A DNA stretch of 54,836 bases from assembly GCA_038894875.1 (NCBI GenBank), contig JAWAOK010000001.1, positions 1 through 54,836 on the forward strand, read 5' to 3'. Below the pieces are notes generated by a model. That model made no database searches. It saw nothing but the letters and a program-made list of their open reading frames with translations, and was not told the DNA's origin. The first letter of the stretch is position 1. Every line of letters starts with the position of its first letter. Below, one piece after another: positions 31,675 to 41,032 of this stretch. The position numbers and the translations under genes were made by a program. Source of the stretch: Candidatus Nezhaarchaeales archaeon. Lineage in GTDB: Archaea; Thermoproteota; Methanomethylicia; Nezhaarchaeales; B40-G2.

Positions 31675-32424
31675 CTACTCTTCTAGCCTAGGCGCGAGCC
31701 AGTATTGTATCTTTCCTCCACCAGGAAGGCCGAAGATTAGAGTGAGGGGCATGTTGGTGGAGAACTGAAGTTCCATCACATCCACCGCAGCCGCTGCCTT
31801 CATCATATCCATCAAATAATTTAGGCTGTACGTGGCTTTTGATGGCTCCTTAACGCTGAGCTCCAAGAGGGCCCCGCTATCCCTGCTAAAGGTAGTCAGA
31901 GACTCCCCCCTATCGCTCGATGCATAGAACGCGAGTTCATCTGTTGTTGCCTGTATTTTAACGTGGTCACTGATTAATTCGGCATCTTTCAAGGTTTCTT
32001 CTACAGCTTCCGCCAGCAGCTTGGCCTGCACATTGAAGGAGACTCTTGGTGTCGGGAGCTCCTCGTAGCCTAGATCGAGTAGAGGCATGACGAAAGTCCT
32101 CGTCGTCTTTCCCTTAAACTTAATCTTCAGTTTACCCTCATCCGACCTCAGCTCAAGTTCTAACTTATCACCTGATGCAGCTCTCTTTACTAGCTTACTA
32201 AGCTGATCTAAGTTAATTCCTACCTTAGTCTCGGCTTCACAGCTATAGTCCTCGAAGGAGGAGCTAGGCATTTCGAAGTCAACCATACCTATTCTAGATG
32301 GATCCATCGCCCTCATCTTAATTCCCTCTGGAGTAAAGGTAAATGTAGACTCGTTCACCATCGTTGACAGTGCTAAGATCACGCTCCTCCAAAGCTTTGC
32401 GTCATGAAACAATGCTCTTATCAA
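31675..32424 (-). CDS. pcn: DNA polymerase sliding clamp PCNA
   Basis: At 249 aa it shows the PCNA pattern (F..A..W..V...S..V.E..F.F.PEGI.MRAMDPSR...VDFEMP) and the C-terminal YWLAPR. Confidence 0.9.
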   Translation of the reverse strand: MIRALFHDAKLWRSVILALSTMVNESTFTFTPEGIKMRAMDPSRIGMVDFEMPSSSFEDYSCEAETKVGINLDQLSKLVKRAASGDKLELELRSDEGKLKIKFKGKTTRTFVMPLLDLGYEELPTPRVSFNVQAKLLAEAVEETLKDAELISDHVKIQATTDELAFYASSDRGESLTTFSRDSGALLELSVKEPSKATYSLNYLMDMMKAAAAVDVMELQFSTNMPLTLIFGLPGGGKIQYWLAPRLEE

Positions 32425-32495
32425 GCAAAGACCTCCTATGAGGAAGTTAGCCGACCACCCTATTAACTCCTTAAGCTGATATTAAAGCCCAGCGC

Positions 32496-32840
32496 TTAAT
32501 CGTACTCACGCCACGTATAGCCACACTTAACGCACCTGTAGAAGCGCGTCGATCCTTCATCAGCTCTTCTAGTTTGCACAAGCCACCAGTAAGCTTCATT
32601 ATGGCCGCACTTTGGACACTGCGCCTTAATAGAAGGCATAACTTTAGGTAGCTCAGACGGCACAATCACGGTCGTCTCTTGAAGAGCACGGTCGATCCTC
32701 CTGGATACCTTAATTCCTTTCGTTGAGGGCGAATCTTCGATGTAGCCACATAATTTACAAATCAATTTGATGCTCTCTCCTTCCTTTAATGGGGAGAGCA
32801 GCCTACCGCACTTAGGGCAGAGCGGTATGCTGCTAGCCAT
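32496..32840 (-). CDS. tfs: Transcription factor S (TFS; RpoM/TFIIS-like)
   Basis: Has an N-terminal Zn ribbon (CPKCG...CKLCGY) and a C-terminal TFIIS ribbon CPKCGHNEAYWWLVQTRRADEGSTRFYRCVKCGYTW with an acidic hairpin. Confidence 0.9.
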   Translation of the reverse strand: MASSIPLCPKCGRLLSPLKEGESIKLICKLCGYIEDSPSTKGIKVSRRIDRALQETTVIVPSELPKVMPSIKAQCPKCGHNEAYWWLVQTRRADEGSTRFYRCVKCGYTWREYD

Positions 32841-33345
32841 TGGGACGCACCATGGTGCTCTCTCCTCTTCTACATGGTTGGCTTAAATTTTTCCAAGCTT
32901 CATACAGCGCTCTAGCTAGCGGAACTAGCAATGAGGCAATCCTTAAAGCTTCTATGCCTTGAGGTCCTTGAAACATCCTTAATAAACGCACCGCCTCCTC
33001 TAAACTCATTCCAGAGCACTCAATTACGCTATGACCAGGACCAGCAATTAACAGCACCGGTTTGCTTAGAGCTAGGGCCGCTTCGCCGGTCCTTCCCTTT
33101 AATGGAAGGCTATTAGAAACTACTGCAACCGCAAGCTCCTTATAGAATGGACTTGACTTAATTCCTTGAGCCAAGCTAACCACATCGTTTACATCCCACC
33201 ATAGGACGAAGGAGCCGTCAATTAATAGTGGTCCCCTGGAGACGGCGCATACACATAGCTGACGGCCATTGCATGTAACTGCCGCCTCAATACCTAAGAT
33301 TCTTAACTCAGGCTTCCATTTTCTTACATCCTTATGTGAGGGCAA
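32833..33345 (-). CDS. Hypothetical protein, probably DUF99/UPF0215 family
   Basis: The length and overall pattern (KPELRILGIE...VCAVSRG...IDG...SSPFYKELAVAVV...KPVLLIA...ALRIASLL) resemble my recollection of UPF0215 proteins. This was not verified by a search. Confidence 0.4.
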   Translation of the reverse strand: MPSHKDVRKWKPELRILGIEAAVTCNGRQLCVCAVSRGPLLIDGSFVLWWDVNDVVSLAQGIKSSPFYKELAVAVVSNSLPLKGRTGEAALALSKPVLLIAGPGHSVIECSGMSLEEAVRLLRMFQGPQGIEALRIASLLVPLARALYEAWKNLSQPCRRGESTMVRPNG

Positions 33346-33371
33346 GGGCGTTCCTCTGACGACCTACGAAT

Positions 33372-33653
33372 CTACTTCATCAGTTTTTCCAGGACCTCTC
33401 TCTCGAGCGCTCCCGTAAGCTCAATGAGCTTAGTGGCAGCCTTTCTCAGGGCGTCCTTGGGACTTTCAGAGCCATCAGTCCTTACAATGAATAAAGGGTT
33501 AGAAATTAAAGGATGGTCGATGCGATACGCAGCAAAAGTTACAGCTGAGTCTTGAAGCAAGGTCTCCCTTAATGCGTTACAAAAAGTGTGCCCCTCGCCC
33601 CTAATTTCAAGGACCAGGGTATTTGGGCCGCTGCTTACAATAACAATCTCCAT
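33372..33653 (-). CDS. rpoL: DNA-directed RNA polymerase subunit L (Rpo11)
   Basis: Contains LEIRGEGHTFCNALRETLLQDSAVTFAAYRIDHPL...PLFIVRTDG. Confidence 0.9.
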   Translation of the reverse strand: MEIVIVSSGPNTLVLEIRGEGHTFCNALRETLLQDSAVTFAAYRIDHPLISNPLFIVRTDGSESPKDALRKAATKLIELTGALEREVLEKLMK

Positions 33654-33671
33654 ATAGCCAACCCCAAATGG

Positions 33672-34268
33672 TTAAGTAAGGCCCCTAATTAGCTTAGTCT
33701 CTCCACCACTCCAGCAAAGAAGATAGCCCGGGGAGAGTTTGCGTTGCTCTTGTGAGTTACACACCGGACATGTTAGCCGCTTATCCTTTAAAAAGAGGGG
33801 ATGGCGGCACCTGCTGCAAAGCGCCAGTAGCACACCAAATTCCTCTTCTTTAATTGAGAGAGGGTAGGGGTTTCGAGAGGAAAGCACTTTAGCCCTTATC
33901 ACATCGCCGAGCCACAGAGCGTTTAGCATCCTATCCACAAACTTTACATCAACTTCACTAATGTGAAGAGTGGCCTTAAAGGGCGTTGAAAAGCCTCCCA
34001 ACCCCTCAACTTCATACAAATCTACCTCGGCCACGTCTTTTCTAATTTCAGAAACAACGCCGAGCACAACATCCCCCTTCTTAGGGATGAGGGGGGCTTT
34101 CTTGATTGGAATGACTGAAGCTATGCGCTTCTCCATATCAATGGATAGTGCACCAGTTATGAGGGCTCGCACGATGCCAGCTTCTTCATATGCCCCTGAG
34201 CCAGGCATGAATTCCTCAATCGTGCATATGTAGTCTCCTGGCGTTACGATAGTAATGCTACCCATCAT
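33672..34268 (-). CDS. csl4: Exosome RNA-binding subunit Csl4
   Basis: Has an N-terminal domain (VTPGDYICTIEEFMPGSGAYEE), an S1 domain (KKGDVVLGVVSEI) and a C-terminal Zn ribbon CSRCRHPL...CPVCNS. Confidence 0.85.
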   Translation of the reverse strand: MMGSITIVTPGDYICTIEEFMPGSGAYEEAGIVRALITGALSIDMEKRIASVIPIKKAPLIPKKGDVVLGVVSEIRKDVAEVDLYEVEGLGGFSTPFKATLHISEVDVKFVDRMLNALWLGDVIRAKVLSSRNPYPLSIKEEEFGVLLALCSRCRHPLFLKDKRLTCPVCNSQEQRKLSPGYLLCWSGGETKLIRGLT

Positions 34269-34292
34269 TCACACCAAATGGAAGCCACTTAA

Positions 34293-34910
34293 CTAGTAGA
34301 GAGAGCCCTTCCTCTTAAATATAAAAAGGTCGGTTTCAACAAGCCTGAACTTCTCTTTATGAAAGTTGAACAACCTTGGGACTTTTAACTTAAGGGTATC
34401 AATAACCTCAGCCTCTCCCCCGAACTCCTCAACGAATTTCTTTATGAAGTTCCTGCTCTTAGGTGATTTCTTGTGTAGGCTAAAGGAGGTAGGTGCAGTC
34501 CTTAAGGCGCACTCAATAAAGGCCCTATCGGCCCCCCTGTGCTGAACGCCGAAGGGAGGATTCTGAATCACCACGTCCCCTTTAATAGATAGCTCCGGTA
34601 TGTGGGCCCTAATCCAGGAAGTCGCATGGCATACTCCCATGCGCCGTGCATTATCTCTAGCTACTTTAAGTGCTATTGGATCAACGTCAACGCCAACTGA
34701 TAAGCATGCACCTAAAAGTGCCGCTCCTATCGTTAACCTACCAACCCCGCAGCCTAAGTCTATGACCACTCGCCCTCGAAGCCAATCCCTAATCCTCCAT
34801 AGAAATTTAGCTGCATCATCACCGGTAATTGTATATTGCTCAAGCTTAGGGGACGGAGAGGGATGGGGGGATAGCGATTCTAATAACATAGCGAGCCTTC
34901 TGAGCCTCAA
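34293..34910 (-). CDS. SAM-dependent N6-adenine-type methyltransferase (COG2263 / METTL5-like)
   Basis: Contains LEQYTI, the SAM motif VIDLGCGVGRL and the catalytic VIQNPPFG. The start is TTG, with an alternative ATG at 34889. Confidence 0.7.
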   Translation of the reverse strand: MRLRRLAMLLESLSPHPSPSPKLEQYTITGDDAAKFLWRIRDWLRGRVVIDLGCGVGRLTIGAALLGACLSVGVDVDPIALKVARDNARRMGVCHATSWIRAHIPELSIKGDVVIQNPPFGVQHRGADRAFIECALRTAPTSFSLHKKSPKSRNFIKKFVEEFGGEAEVIDTLKLKVPRLFNFHKEKFRLVETDLFIFKRKGSLY

Positions 34911-35114
34911 GGCGCTCGGTCGAACACGACTAGGCTTGTACTAGATTATAAGCACAATAGGGCCGATAAAGCAGTTACTCCCAACCTGCTTCTCGATCTA
35001 AGATGCGGCAGGAGGAGGCTAATAAGCTCCGGGCGCGAAACGCGTGACCCGTGAAAGAAGACCTATAAGTCATTTCTCCAATGGGATCACTATTCAGTAG
35101 TGGTGCTGCAGGGC

Positions 35115-36119
35115 TTAGAATCCCTCAAAGGGGTCTGAGTAACCATATCTCCACTCCCCACTTAATGATAGTTGTAGTTCCTTTGGGGTCAAGAGCGGTC
35201 GATGGAAACCCTCTCGTTCGAAGAAGGCTAAGAGGGGACATGAAGTTATCACAAAGGACTCCACGTCAGGAAAGTTCACTTCAAGTGAGGAAGAGACCTC
35301 GCGACAGGCTATTAATAGGGCCTTCTTACGCGCTTTGTCTAGCTCCTTTAACACCTTCTTAACTAGCCAAGGCCTATACTGACCCGGCTTTAGGCCTATA
35401 AGAACACCAAATTTCTCGGCTTCTGATGCTATAGCGATGTCATGTAGCTTAGCAGCTAATACCTTCTTAGCGTAGGGCTCAACATCTAGGGCCTCCTTAG
35501 TCAGTGGATCTACGGCAATTACTGGCAGTCCTGTCGATAACCTCAAACCTAAGGAATGCATCAGCCCTCCTCCAAGGAATAGAAAGTAGTCAACGAATGG
35601 TTGAAGGCGCTTACCACTTGTATAGTCACATCCTATCACTTGGCCAGGCCTGAGGTTTGGATTGGTCGGCTGACCTATGTATACCTCAAGGGACATGTCT
35701 TTTAGACGCGCTGCAGTCTCTTCTAACGCCCATACATATTGAAGAGTGGTGCACACGCCAACGCGGCTACCCTTGTTCTTCATTAAATGCTCAACTGCCT
35801 CTAGTGCTTCGGCGATGCTACTCTTTGCGTAACAATCTATGTAGATTGTATCGACCACTCCCTCTCTTGAGGTAATTCTACTATGACCAAAATGTATAAG
35901 GAGGTCGACGCCTAACCTTGCTGCCTCGTCCCAGGCGACGTCACAAGCACCATAACATGGATCGGCTAATAATATTGGAGTGCAGCCAGTTTCGCGTTGG
36001 ATGAGTTCGGCCAAATATGGCGCGTACGGCTTAAGCCCCTCTGGAAGCTGAAGAGCGACTAGCCTAGCCCTCCTCTTCTTTATCTCATCAATGACTTTAG
36101 CCTCATCAAAATTGAACAT
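35115..36119 (-). CDS. dph2: 2-(3-amino-3-carboxypropyl)histidine synthase (diphthamide synthesis, Dph2)
   Basis: Contains VALQLPEGLKPYAPYL...ILLADPCYGACDV, three Dph2-type domains, and is about 334 aa. Confidence 0.85.
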   Translation of the reverse strand: MFNFDEAKVIDEIKKRRARLVALQLPEGLKPYAPYLAELIQRETGCTPILLADPCYGACDVAWDEAARLGVDLLIHFGHSRITSREGVVDTIYIDCYAKSSIAEALEAVEHLMKNKGSRVGVCTTLQYVWALEETAARLKDMSLEVYIGQPTNPNLRPGQVIGCDYTSGKRLQPFVDYFLFLGGGLMHSLGLRLSTGLPVIAVDPLTKEALDVEPYAKKVLAAKLHDIAIASEAEKFGVLIGLKPGQYRPWLVKKVLKELDKARKKALLIACREVSSSLEVNFPDVESFVITSCPLLAFFEREGFHRPLLTPKELQLSLSGEWRYGYSDPFEGF

Positions 36120-36164
36120 AGGCTGAGTTTTTAGCGCAGGCCTCTGAATTTAAGCCTGACTAAG

Positions 36165-37502
36165 GTGGCATGCTTGGTCCTTGAGAGGATGGCTACCTCC
36201 CTTCGAACTGCAATATCTAAGTTTCTCAAATCTCCAGTGGCTGACGACAGAGCAGTAAAGGAGTTCTTAAGGGATGTGCAGAGGTCTCTTCTGCAAAGCG
36301 ATGTAAACGTTGAATTAGTGCTTAAACTAACGAAGAGGATTGAGGACGAGGTCTCTAAGGCAAGTCTACCGCCAGGGCTAACTAAGAGGGACCTAGTGTT
36401 GGGAGCGGTTTACAGAGAGCTCATCGACCTGCTTGGGGGCGAGAAGCCTGCTGAACTTAAGCTGGACCCCGCGAGGGCTAATGTAATCTTACTCCTCGGC
36501 ATCCAAGGAAGTGGAAAGACGACAAGCGCAGCTAAGCTAGCGCTGTTCTTTAAGCGTAGAGGGTATAGGCCTGCATTAGTATGCGCCGATAACTTCAGGC
36601 CCGCTGCCCGTGAGCAGCTGCAACAATTGGGCAGCTTAGTTGGGGTCCCAGTCTTTATTGAGGAGGGAGATGACTCATTGACGATGGCAAGGAAAGGTGT
36701 TGAAAGGGCTAAGGATGCAGGTTTCAATGTGATAATAGTAGACACCGCAGGTAGGCACAAGGAGGAAAAGTCGTTGATGGAGGAGGCTAAGCAGCTCGTT
36801 GAGGCGATAAAGCCTGACGAAGTAATGCTGGTCATTGATGCTACAATAGGTCAGCAAGCTAAAGCCCAAGCAGAAGCCTTCAGTCAGACCGTGAAAATAG
36901 GGTCTATCTTCTTGACGAAGCTAGACGGTGCTGCCAGGGGGGGAGGGGCGCTTTCAGCTGTGGTCGCAACAGGCGCCGCAATTAAGTTCGTAGGGATGGG
37001 AGAGAAGCTAGATGAAATTGAGCAATTTGACCCGAAGGGTTTCGTTTCTCGCCTCTTGGGCATGGGCGATGTCGGAGCCCTTATAGAGAGGATGAGGGTG
37101 GCTGAGCCCAGTGTAGAGGAGAGAGCGAGGAGCTTCATTGCGGGGAGGTTTACTCTTGAAGATCTATTGGCTCAGATAGAGAGCATTAAGAAGATGGGGC
37201 CCTTTAAGAAGATACTTGAGCTTATTCCAGGCTTCTCGTTGAAGTTACCCTCTGAGGCTGCAGATGTAGCTGAGGAGAAGCTCAAGAGGTGGTCTGCCAT
37301 TCTCAAGTCCATGACACAAAGGGAGAGGGAGTCACCAGAGATCATCGACAAATCGAGGATGAGGAGGATAGCTAGGGGGAGCGGGGTTGATGTTAGAGAA
37401 GTGAAAGAGCTACTTGACTATTATCATGCAACGCGTAAGTGGATAAGACAGTTGGTAAGGAAAGGCAGGAAGCTAGACATCATCCTCAAGGGGCTTCGTT
37501 AA
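36165..37502 (+). CDS. srp54: Signal recognition particle protein SRP54
   Basis: G-domain motifs GIQGSGKTT, DTAGR and TKLDG plus a Met-rich M domain. The exact start is uncertain (GTG 36165, TTG 36174 or ATG 36189). Confidence 0.95.
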   Translation: MACLVLERMATSLRTAISKFLKSPVADDRAVKEFLRDVQRSLLQSDVNVELVLKLTKRIEDEVSKASLPPGLTKRDLVLGAVYRELIDLLGGEKPAELKLDPARANVILLLGIQGSGKTTSAAKLALFFKRRGYRPALVCADNFRPAAREQLQQLGSLVGVPVFIEEGDDSLTMARKGVERAKDAGFNVIIVDTAGRHKEEKSLMEEAKQLVEAIKPDEVMLVIDATIGQQAKAQAEAFSQTVKIGSIFLTKLDGAARGGGALSAVVATGAAIKFVGMGEKLDEIEQFDPKGFVSRLLGMGDVGALIERMRVAEPSVEERARSFIAGRFTLEDLLAQIESIKKMGPFKKILELIPGFSLKLPSEAADVAEEKLKRWSAILKSMTQRERESPEIIDKSRMRRIARGSGVDVREVKELLDYYHATRKWIRQLVRKGRKLDIILKGLR

Positions 37503-37507
37503 ACTCG

Positions 37508-38821
37508 GTGGCGGGCTTGAACATACTCGAGGCAGCTAAGCAGCTGCTACTTGAAGCGCCGCTCTGCGAAAGCTGTCTTGGAAGGTGCTTTTCCAAAATA
37601 GGAAGAGGGATGAGTAACCGTGAGCGTGGGTATTTGCTCAAAGGTGTGCTGTTGTTAGAGGCTGAGCGTTTGAAGGTTGAGGGCAATGAAGAGGGGGAGA
37701 GGCTGCTCAAGGCCTTAGGTAGGTCTGGTTTCAAAGCAGCCTTGGACGAGAGTGGCAGAGGGGGCCCGGAGGGCTGCTATGTGTGCGGGGGTTTAATGGA
37801 CAAGCTACAAGACTTCATTCCGATTATTAGAGAGGCCCTATCTTCTTATGAATATACAACCTTTCTACTGGGCACCAGGGTGCCTGGGAGTGTCATTGAG
37901 CGAGAGGACTCACTTAGGGCTAAGCTATCACTTAACTATGGTGAGTCTCTGAAGAGCGACATCAATCGTGAGCTGAGAAGGCTTCTCTCTAAAAAGCTGG
38001 AGAGGCCCATTGACTTCAAAAGACCTGATGTAGTCATAGTAGTGGACGTAGAGACCTGTAGGGTGGAGGTCAAGCCTAGTCCGATATTTATCTCTGGAAG
38101 GTACTTAAAGCTCAAGGAGGGAATTCCTCAAAATAAGTGGTACTGCCCGAAGTGCTGGGGAAGCGGCTGTGAGCACTGCAGGTGGGCTGGGAAGCTCTAC
38201 CCTACTTCCATAGAAGAGCTGGTGGCCGAGCCGATAAAGGAAATCTTCAGAGGAAGGGACGCCAAGTTTCACGGAGCAGGTAGGGAGGACGTGGACGTTA
38301 AGGTATTGGGTAGAGGTAGGCCCTTCATTGTTGAGGTGAGAGAGCCGGTTAGGAGGAATGTAGACTTAGCGAAGGTAGAGGAGGAGGTTAATCAAAGGGC
38401 TAAGGGGCTTATAGAGGTTAGAGAGCTAAAGTACTCCTCAAGAGAGGAAGTGAGGAAGCTAAAGATGACTGCTCAAATTAGGGAAAAGGTATACTTAGCT
38501 AAGGTAAGAGTCAAGGGGGGTGTGAGCAAGGAAGAGGCTTCGGAGCTTGAGAGGGCCTTAAGTGGTTCCCTGATAAAGCAGAGAACGCCTCTAAGGGTTT
38601 TGCATAGGAGGGCAGACAAGGTCAGAATTAAGAGAGTCTACGAGTTCAAGGTGCAGGACCTGATGGAGGAGGCCTTAACTGTGTTAATTAGGGCGCAAGG
38701 AGGCCTTTACATTAAGGAGCTAATTACTGGAGATGAAGGAAGGACGGTGCCCAGTGTGGCCGGGCTCCTCAATAAGAAAGTAGAAGTCGAGGAATTAGTG
38801 GTATTGGACGTATTAGAATGA
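37508..38821 (+). CDS. pus10: tRNA pseudouridine(54/55) synthase Pus10
   Basis: Contains the N-terminal LCESCLGRCF...NRERG, the Zn motifs CYVCGG and CPKCWGSGCEHC, and the catalytic-domain GREDVDV. The GTG at 37508 lies 6 nt after the srp54 stop, whereas the track start at 37439 overlaps srp54. Confidence 0.85.
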   Translation: MAGLNILEAAKQLLLEAPLCESCLGRCFSKIGRGMSNRERGYLLKGVLLLEAERLKVEGNEEGERLLKALGRSGFKAALDESGRGGPEGCYVCGGLMDKLQDFIPIIREALSSYEYTTFLLGTRVPGSVIEREDSLRAKLSLNYGESLKSDINRELRRLLSKKLERPIDFKRPDVVIVVDVETCRVEVKPSPIFISGRYLKLKEGIPQNKWYCPKCWGSGCEHCRWAGKLYPTSIEELVAEPIKEIFRGRDAKFHGAGREDVDVKVLGRGRPFIVEVREPVRRNVDLAKVEEEVNQRAKGLIEVRELKYSSREEVRKLKMTAQIREKVYLAKVRVKGGVSKEEASELERALSGSLIKQRTPLRVLHRRADKVRIKRVYEFKVQDLMEEALTVLIRAQGGLYIKELITGDEGRTVPSVAGLLNKKVEVEELVVLDVLE

Positions 38822-38823
38822 TG

Positions 38824-39129
38824 TTAAGAGGTCAATTGAACAGGTTTTAGGTGCTCAGCCCCTGTTATTACGTTCTTGCGCTTACTCCCTAAGTAGACCT
38901 CGACTATGTAGGCCGAGCCCCTCCTGCCTACTATCGTGCCAATGCGTCCCTGATACCTTCTATGAGGTGCTGTCTCTACGTGAGTAGGATCTATATCTAT
39001 AGCTACTCGCTGGCCTACTTCATATTCTTGAAGGAGGCTGCTCAGTCCCTTCATCCCGCGTTCCCTCGGATGCTTAGAGAGGACCTCCCTAGACCTGCAC
39101 CTAAGCCCCTTTGATTTGCCACCCAACAC
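38824..39129 (-). CDS. rpl21e: 50S ribosomal protein L21e
   Basis: Contains KSKGLRCRSREVLSKHPRERG...RYQGRIGTIVGRRGSAYIVEV. The GTG at 39129 gives about 101 aa and has an A/T box (gaaaaataaaaac on the minus strand) about 25-35 nt upstream. The longer track ORF adds a non-conserved N-terminus. Confidence 0.88.
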   Translation of the reverse strand: MLGGKSKGLRCRSREVLSKHPRERGMKGLSSLLQEYEVGQRVAIDIDPTHVETAPHRRYQGRIGTIVGRRGSAYIVEVYLGSKRKNVITGAEHLKPVQLTS

Positions 39130-39266
39130 TGAGGCCTCGGTAAGCTTGAGGCTACCAGTTTTTATTTTTCTCGCAGACCTACAGAAAGGGTCTGCGCAAG
39201 CCGACGTCCCCATGAAGTATTTAAATTAAGGCCTTAACAATACTAGATTTAATGGAGTGAGGGGAC

Positions 39267-39611
39267 TTGAAAATAAGAGAGATGAAAGAAGTTACCTTCG
39301 CTAAAGCGAAGGAGATTCTGGAGGAAGTCAAGGAAAAGTGTGGAGAGCTTAAACACTTCCAACAAATCACGCTCGACTACCTCATGAAGTTTTCTAAGCT
39401 TCCAGCCGATAAAGCTGAAGAGCTTGTGGATAAGCTCTGCGAACGGTTCAAGCTCTCGAGGGCCGTGGCAGTGCAAGTAGTCAATATAATGCCGAGTAGT
39501 AATGAGGAGCTCAGACAGATTCTCATAAGGGAGGGAAGGGTCTTCCTCACGGAGGAACTTGATGAAGTGAGAAAATTACTTAATCAATACCTAATGGAGG
39601 AGCAGAGGTAG
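39267..39611 (+). CDS. rpoF: DNA-directed RNA polymerase subunit F (Rpo4)
   Basis: Has the Rpo4/RpoF pattern (AKAKEILEEV...TLDYLMKFSKL..DKAEELVDKL...VAVQVVNIMP). A TATA-like gtatttaaattaagg sits about 40 nt upstream. Confidence 0.85.
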   Translation: MKIREMKEVTFAKAKEILEEVKEKCGELKHFQQITLDYLMKFSKLPADKAEELVDKLCERFKLSRAVAVQVVNIMPSSNEELRQILIREGRVFLTEELDEVRKLLNQYLMEEQR

Positions 39612-39617
39612 ATCCCT

Positions 39618-40205
39618 TTGTCCTCTAAAAAGTTTGAAGAGTACGCCTACGTGCTTGACTATCTTCCTCAAGGGCGCCCGTTTGACGGAAGGCCTGTCCA
39701 TCAAAGAAAGCCTATCGCTCTAGCCGTCGGAGAGGACTTCTTCACGTTGCTTGAATTGACTCCTAAAGAAGGTGCGGTCTTATCTCCTTCAGAGAGAGTA
39801 TTTATAGGTAAGGGCTTCAGAGACAAGATAGACCATGTCAATAGAAGGATAAGCTATGATGAGTTAACTATTGCAGCTAAGGATGAGCTAGAGAAAGTAA
39901 TAGAAAAGATAGTTAATGAGAACGAAAAGAGGTTTGTGGAAATATTTAATGTTGCCCCCCCGCTTACGACAAGAATGCACTCACTTGAGCTGATAAAAGG
40001 CATAGGAAAAAGGAAGCTGTGGGAGATCTTAGAGGAAAGGAGGAAGAAGCCATTCGAGAGCTTTAAGGACATAGAGGAGAGGGTGGGGCTTCGTAATGTT
40101 GCAAAAGCCATTAAGGAGAGGATACTTGAGGAAATTAAGGGAAATGAACGGTATTACTTATTTGTTAGACCCGCGCCAAAAACCACGGAGAAGCTACCAG
40201 AGTGA
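39618..40205 (+). CDS. DUF655-family putative nucleic-acid-binding protein
   Basis: Contains EEYAYVLDYLPQGRP... and a C-terminal HhH-like region. It occupies the conserved position between rpoF and ksgA. The start is TTG. Confidence 0.8.
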   Translation: MSSKKFEEYAYVLDYLPQGRPFDGRPVHQRKPIALAVGEDFFTLLELTPKEGAVLSPSERVFIGKGFRDKIDHVNRRISYDELTIAAKDELEKVIEKIVNENEKRFVEIFNVAPPLTTRMHSLELIKGIGKRKLWEILEERRKKPFESFKDIEERVGLRNVAKAIKERILEEIKGNERYYLFVRPAPKTTEKLPE

Positions 40206-41032
40206 TGCTAAGCGCGTGGAGGTCTAAGAGAGAGCTACTTAGTTATGTAAAGTCGATGCTGCAGCGCTACGGCGTTAGACCTAGAAGGAGGCTTGGACAA
40301 AGTTTTACAGTGGATCCCTTCCTCATAAATGACTTAATTAGGTATGCTGAAGTAGGCCCTAGTGATGAAGTCTTAGAGATAGGCGGCGGCATAGGTTGTC
40401 TAACTAGGGCATTAGCGTATAGAGCTAAGAAAGTCATCAGTATAGAGGTGGACCCTAAATTGGCAATGGCATTAAGGGAGCTGGCTTCTGATCTTAATAA
40501 CGTCGAGGTTATTGAGGGGGATTTCCTAGAGATGAAGGGAATGAATATCGATAAGGTTGTCTCGACAGCCCCTTACTCCATAGCCTCGCCCCTAATCTTA
40601 AAACTGGTTAAGGACTTTAAGTTTAAGGTGGCCATACTTACTTTTCAGTTGGAATTTGCCAAGAGGTTGGTAGCCGAGCCCGGCTCCGCTGACTATGGTA
40701 GGCTGACCGTAGTTACTAGGGCCTATGCAGATGTTAAGCTTTTACGTTACGTAAGCCGAAGGAGCTTTTATCCCACACCGAATGTAGATTCGGCAGTAGT
40801 AGAGGTAAGGCCCAGAGAGAGGTGCTTTGAGGTAAATGAGTCCTTTCTTAGGCTAGTCGAAAGGCTCTTTTCACAGCGGAACAAACTTGCCTTGAGCGTG
40901 ATTAAACGTATTGATCCTAGAGCAAATCTCAGCAAGCTCGGTGATTTAGCCAATAAGAGGGTTAGAGACCTCAATCTAGAGGATTTATACAGAATTTACC
41001 TATGCCTTGGGGCCGCAAGAGATGGAGATTGA
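40202..41032 (+). CDS. ksgA: 16S rRNA (adenine1518/1519-N6)-dimethyltransferase KsgA/Dim1
   Basis: Contains LGQSFTVDP, the SAM motif VLEIGGGIGCLT, and TAPYSIASP. Confidence 0.9.
   Translation: MMLSAWRSKRELLSYVKSMLQRYGVRPRRRLGQSFTVDPFLINDLIRYAEVGPSDEVLEIGGGIGCLTRALAYRAKKVISIEVDPKLAMALRELASDLNNVEVIEGDFLEMKGMNIDKVVSTAPYSIASPLILKLVKDFKFKVAILTFQLEFAKRLVAEPGSADYGRLTVVTRAYADVKLLRYVSRRSFYPTPNVDSAVVEVRPRERCFEVNESFLRLVERLFSQRNKLALSVIKRIDPRANLSKLGDLANKRVRDLNLEDLYRIYLCLGAARDGD

Noticed and set aside
32471-32665. A 64-aa minus-strand ORF overlapping tfs in another frame.
   Set aside because: It shares the strand with TFS in an alternative frame inside the highly conserved TFS C-terminal zinc ribbon, and has no independent support.
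34961-35114. A possible small RNA or K-turn-like hairpin GGGCGCGAAACGCGTGACCC, and a 32-codon minus-strand ORF, in the dph2-methyltransferase spacer.
   Set aside because: The stem is only 4+3 bp with a 3-nt bulge and lacks tandem G.A pairs. The mini-ORF has no recognisable features or conservation evidence. I cannot support either from sequence alone.
35081-35362. A 93-aa plus-strand ORF starting in the 204-bp gap upstream of the methyltransferase gene and running antisense into dph2.
   Set aside because: Most of it overlaps the conserved Dph2 C-terminus on the other strand. It has no motifs and no promoter-like element at a suitable distance.
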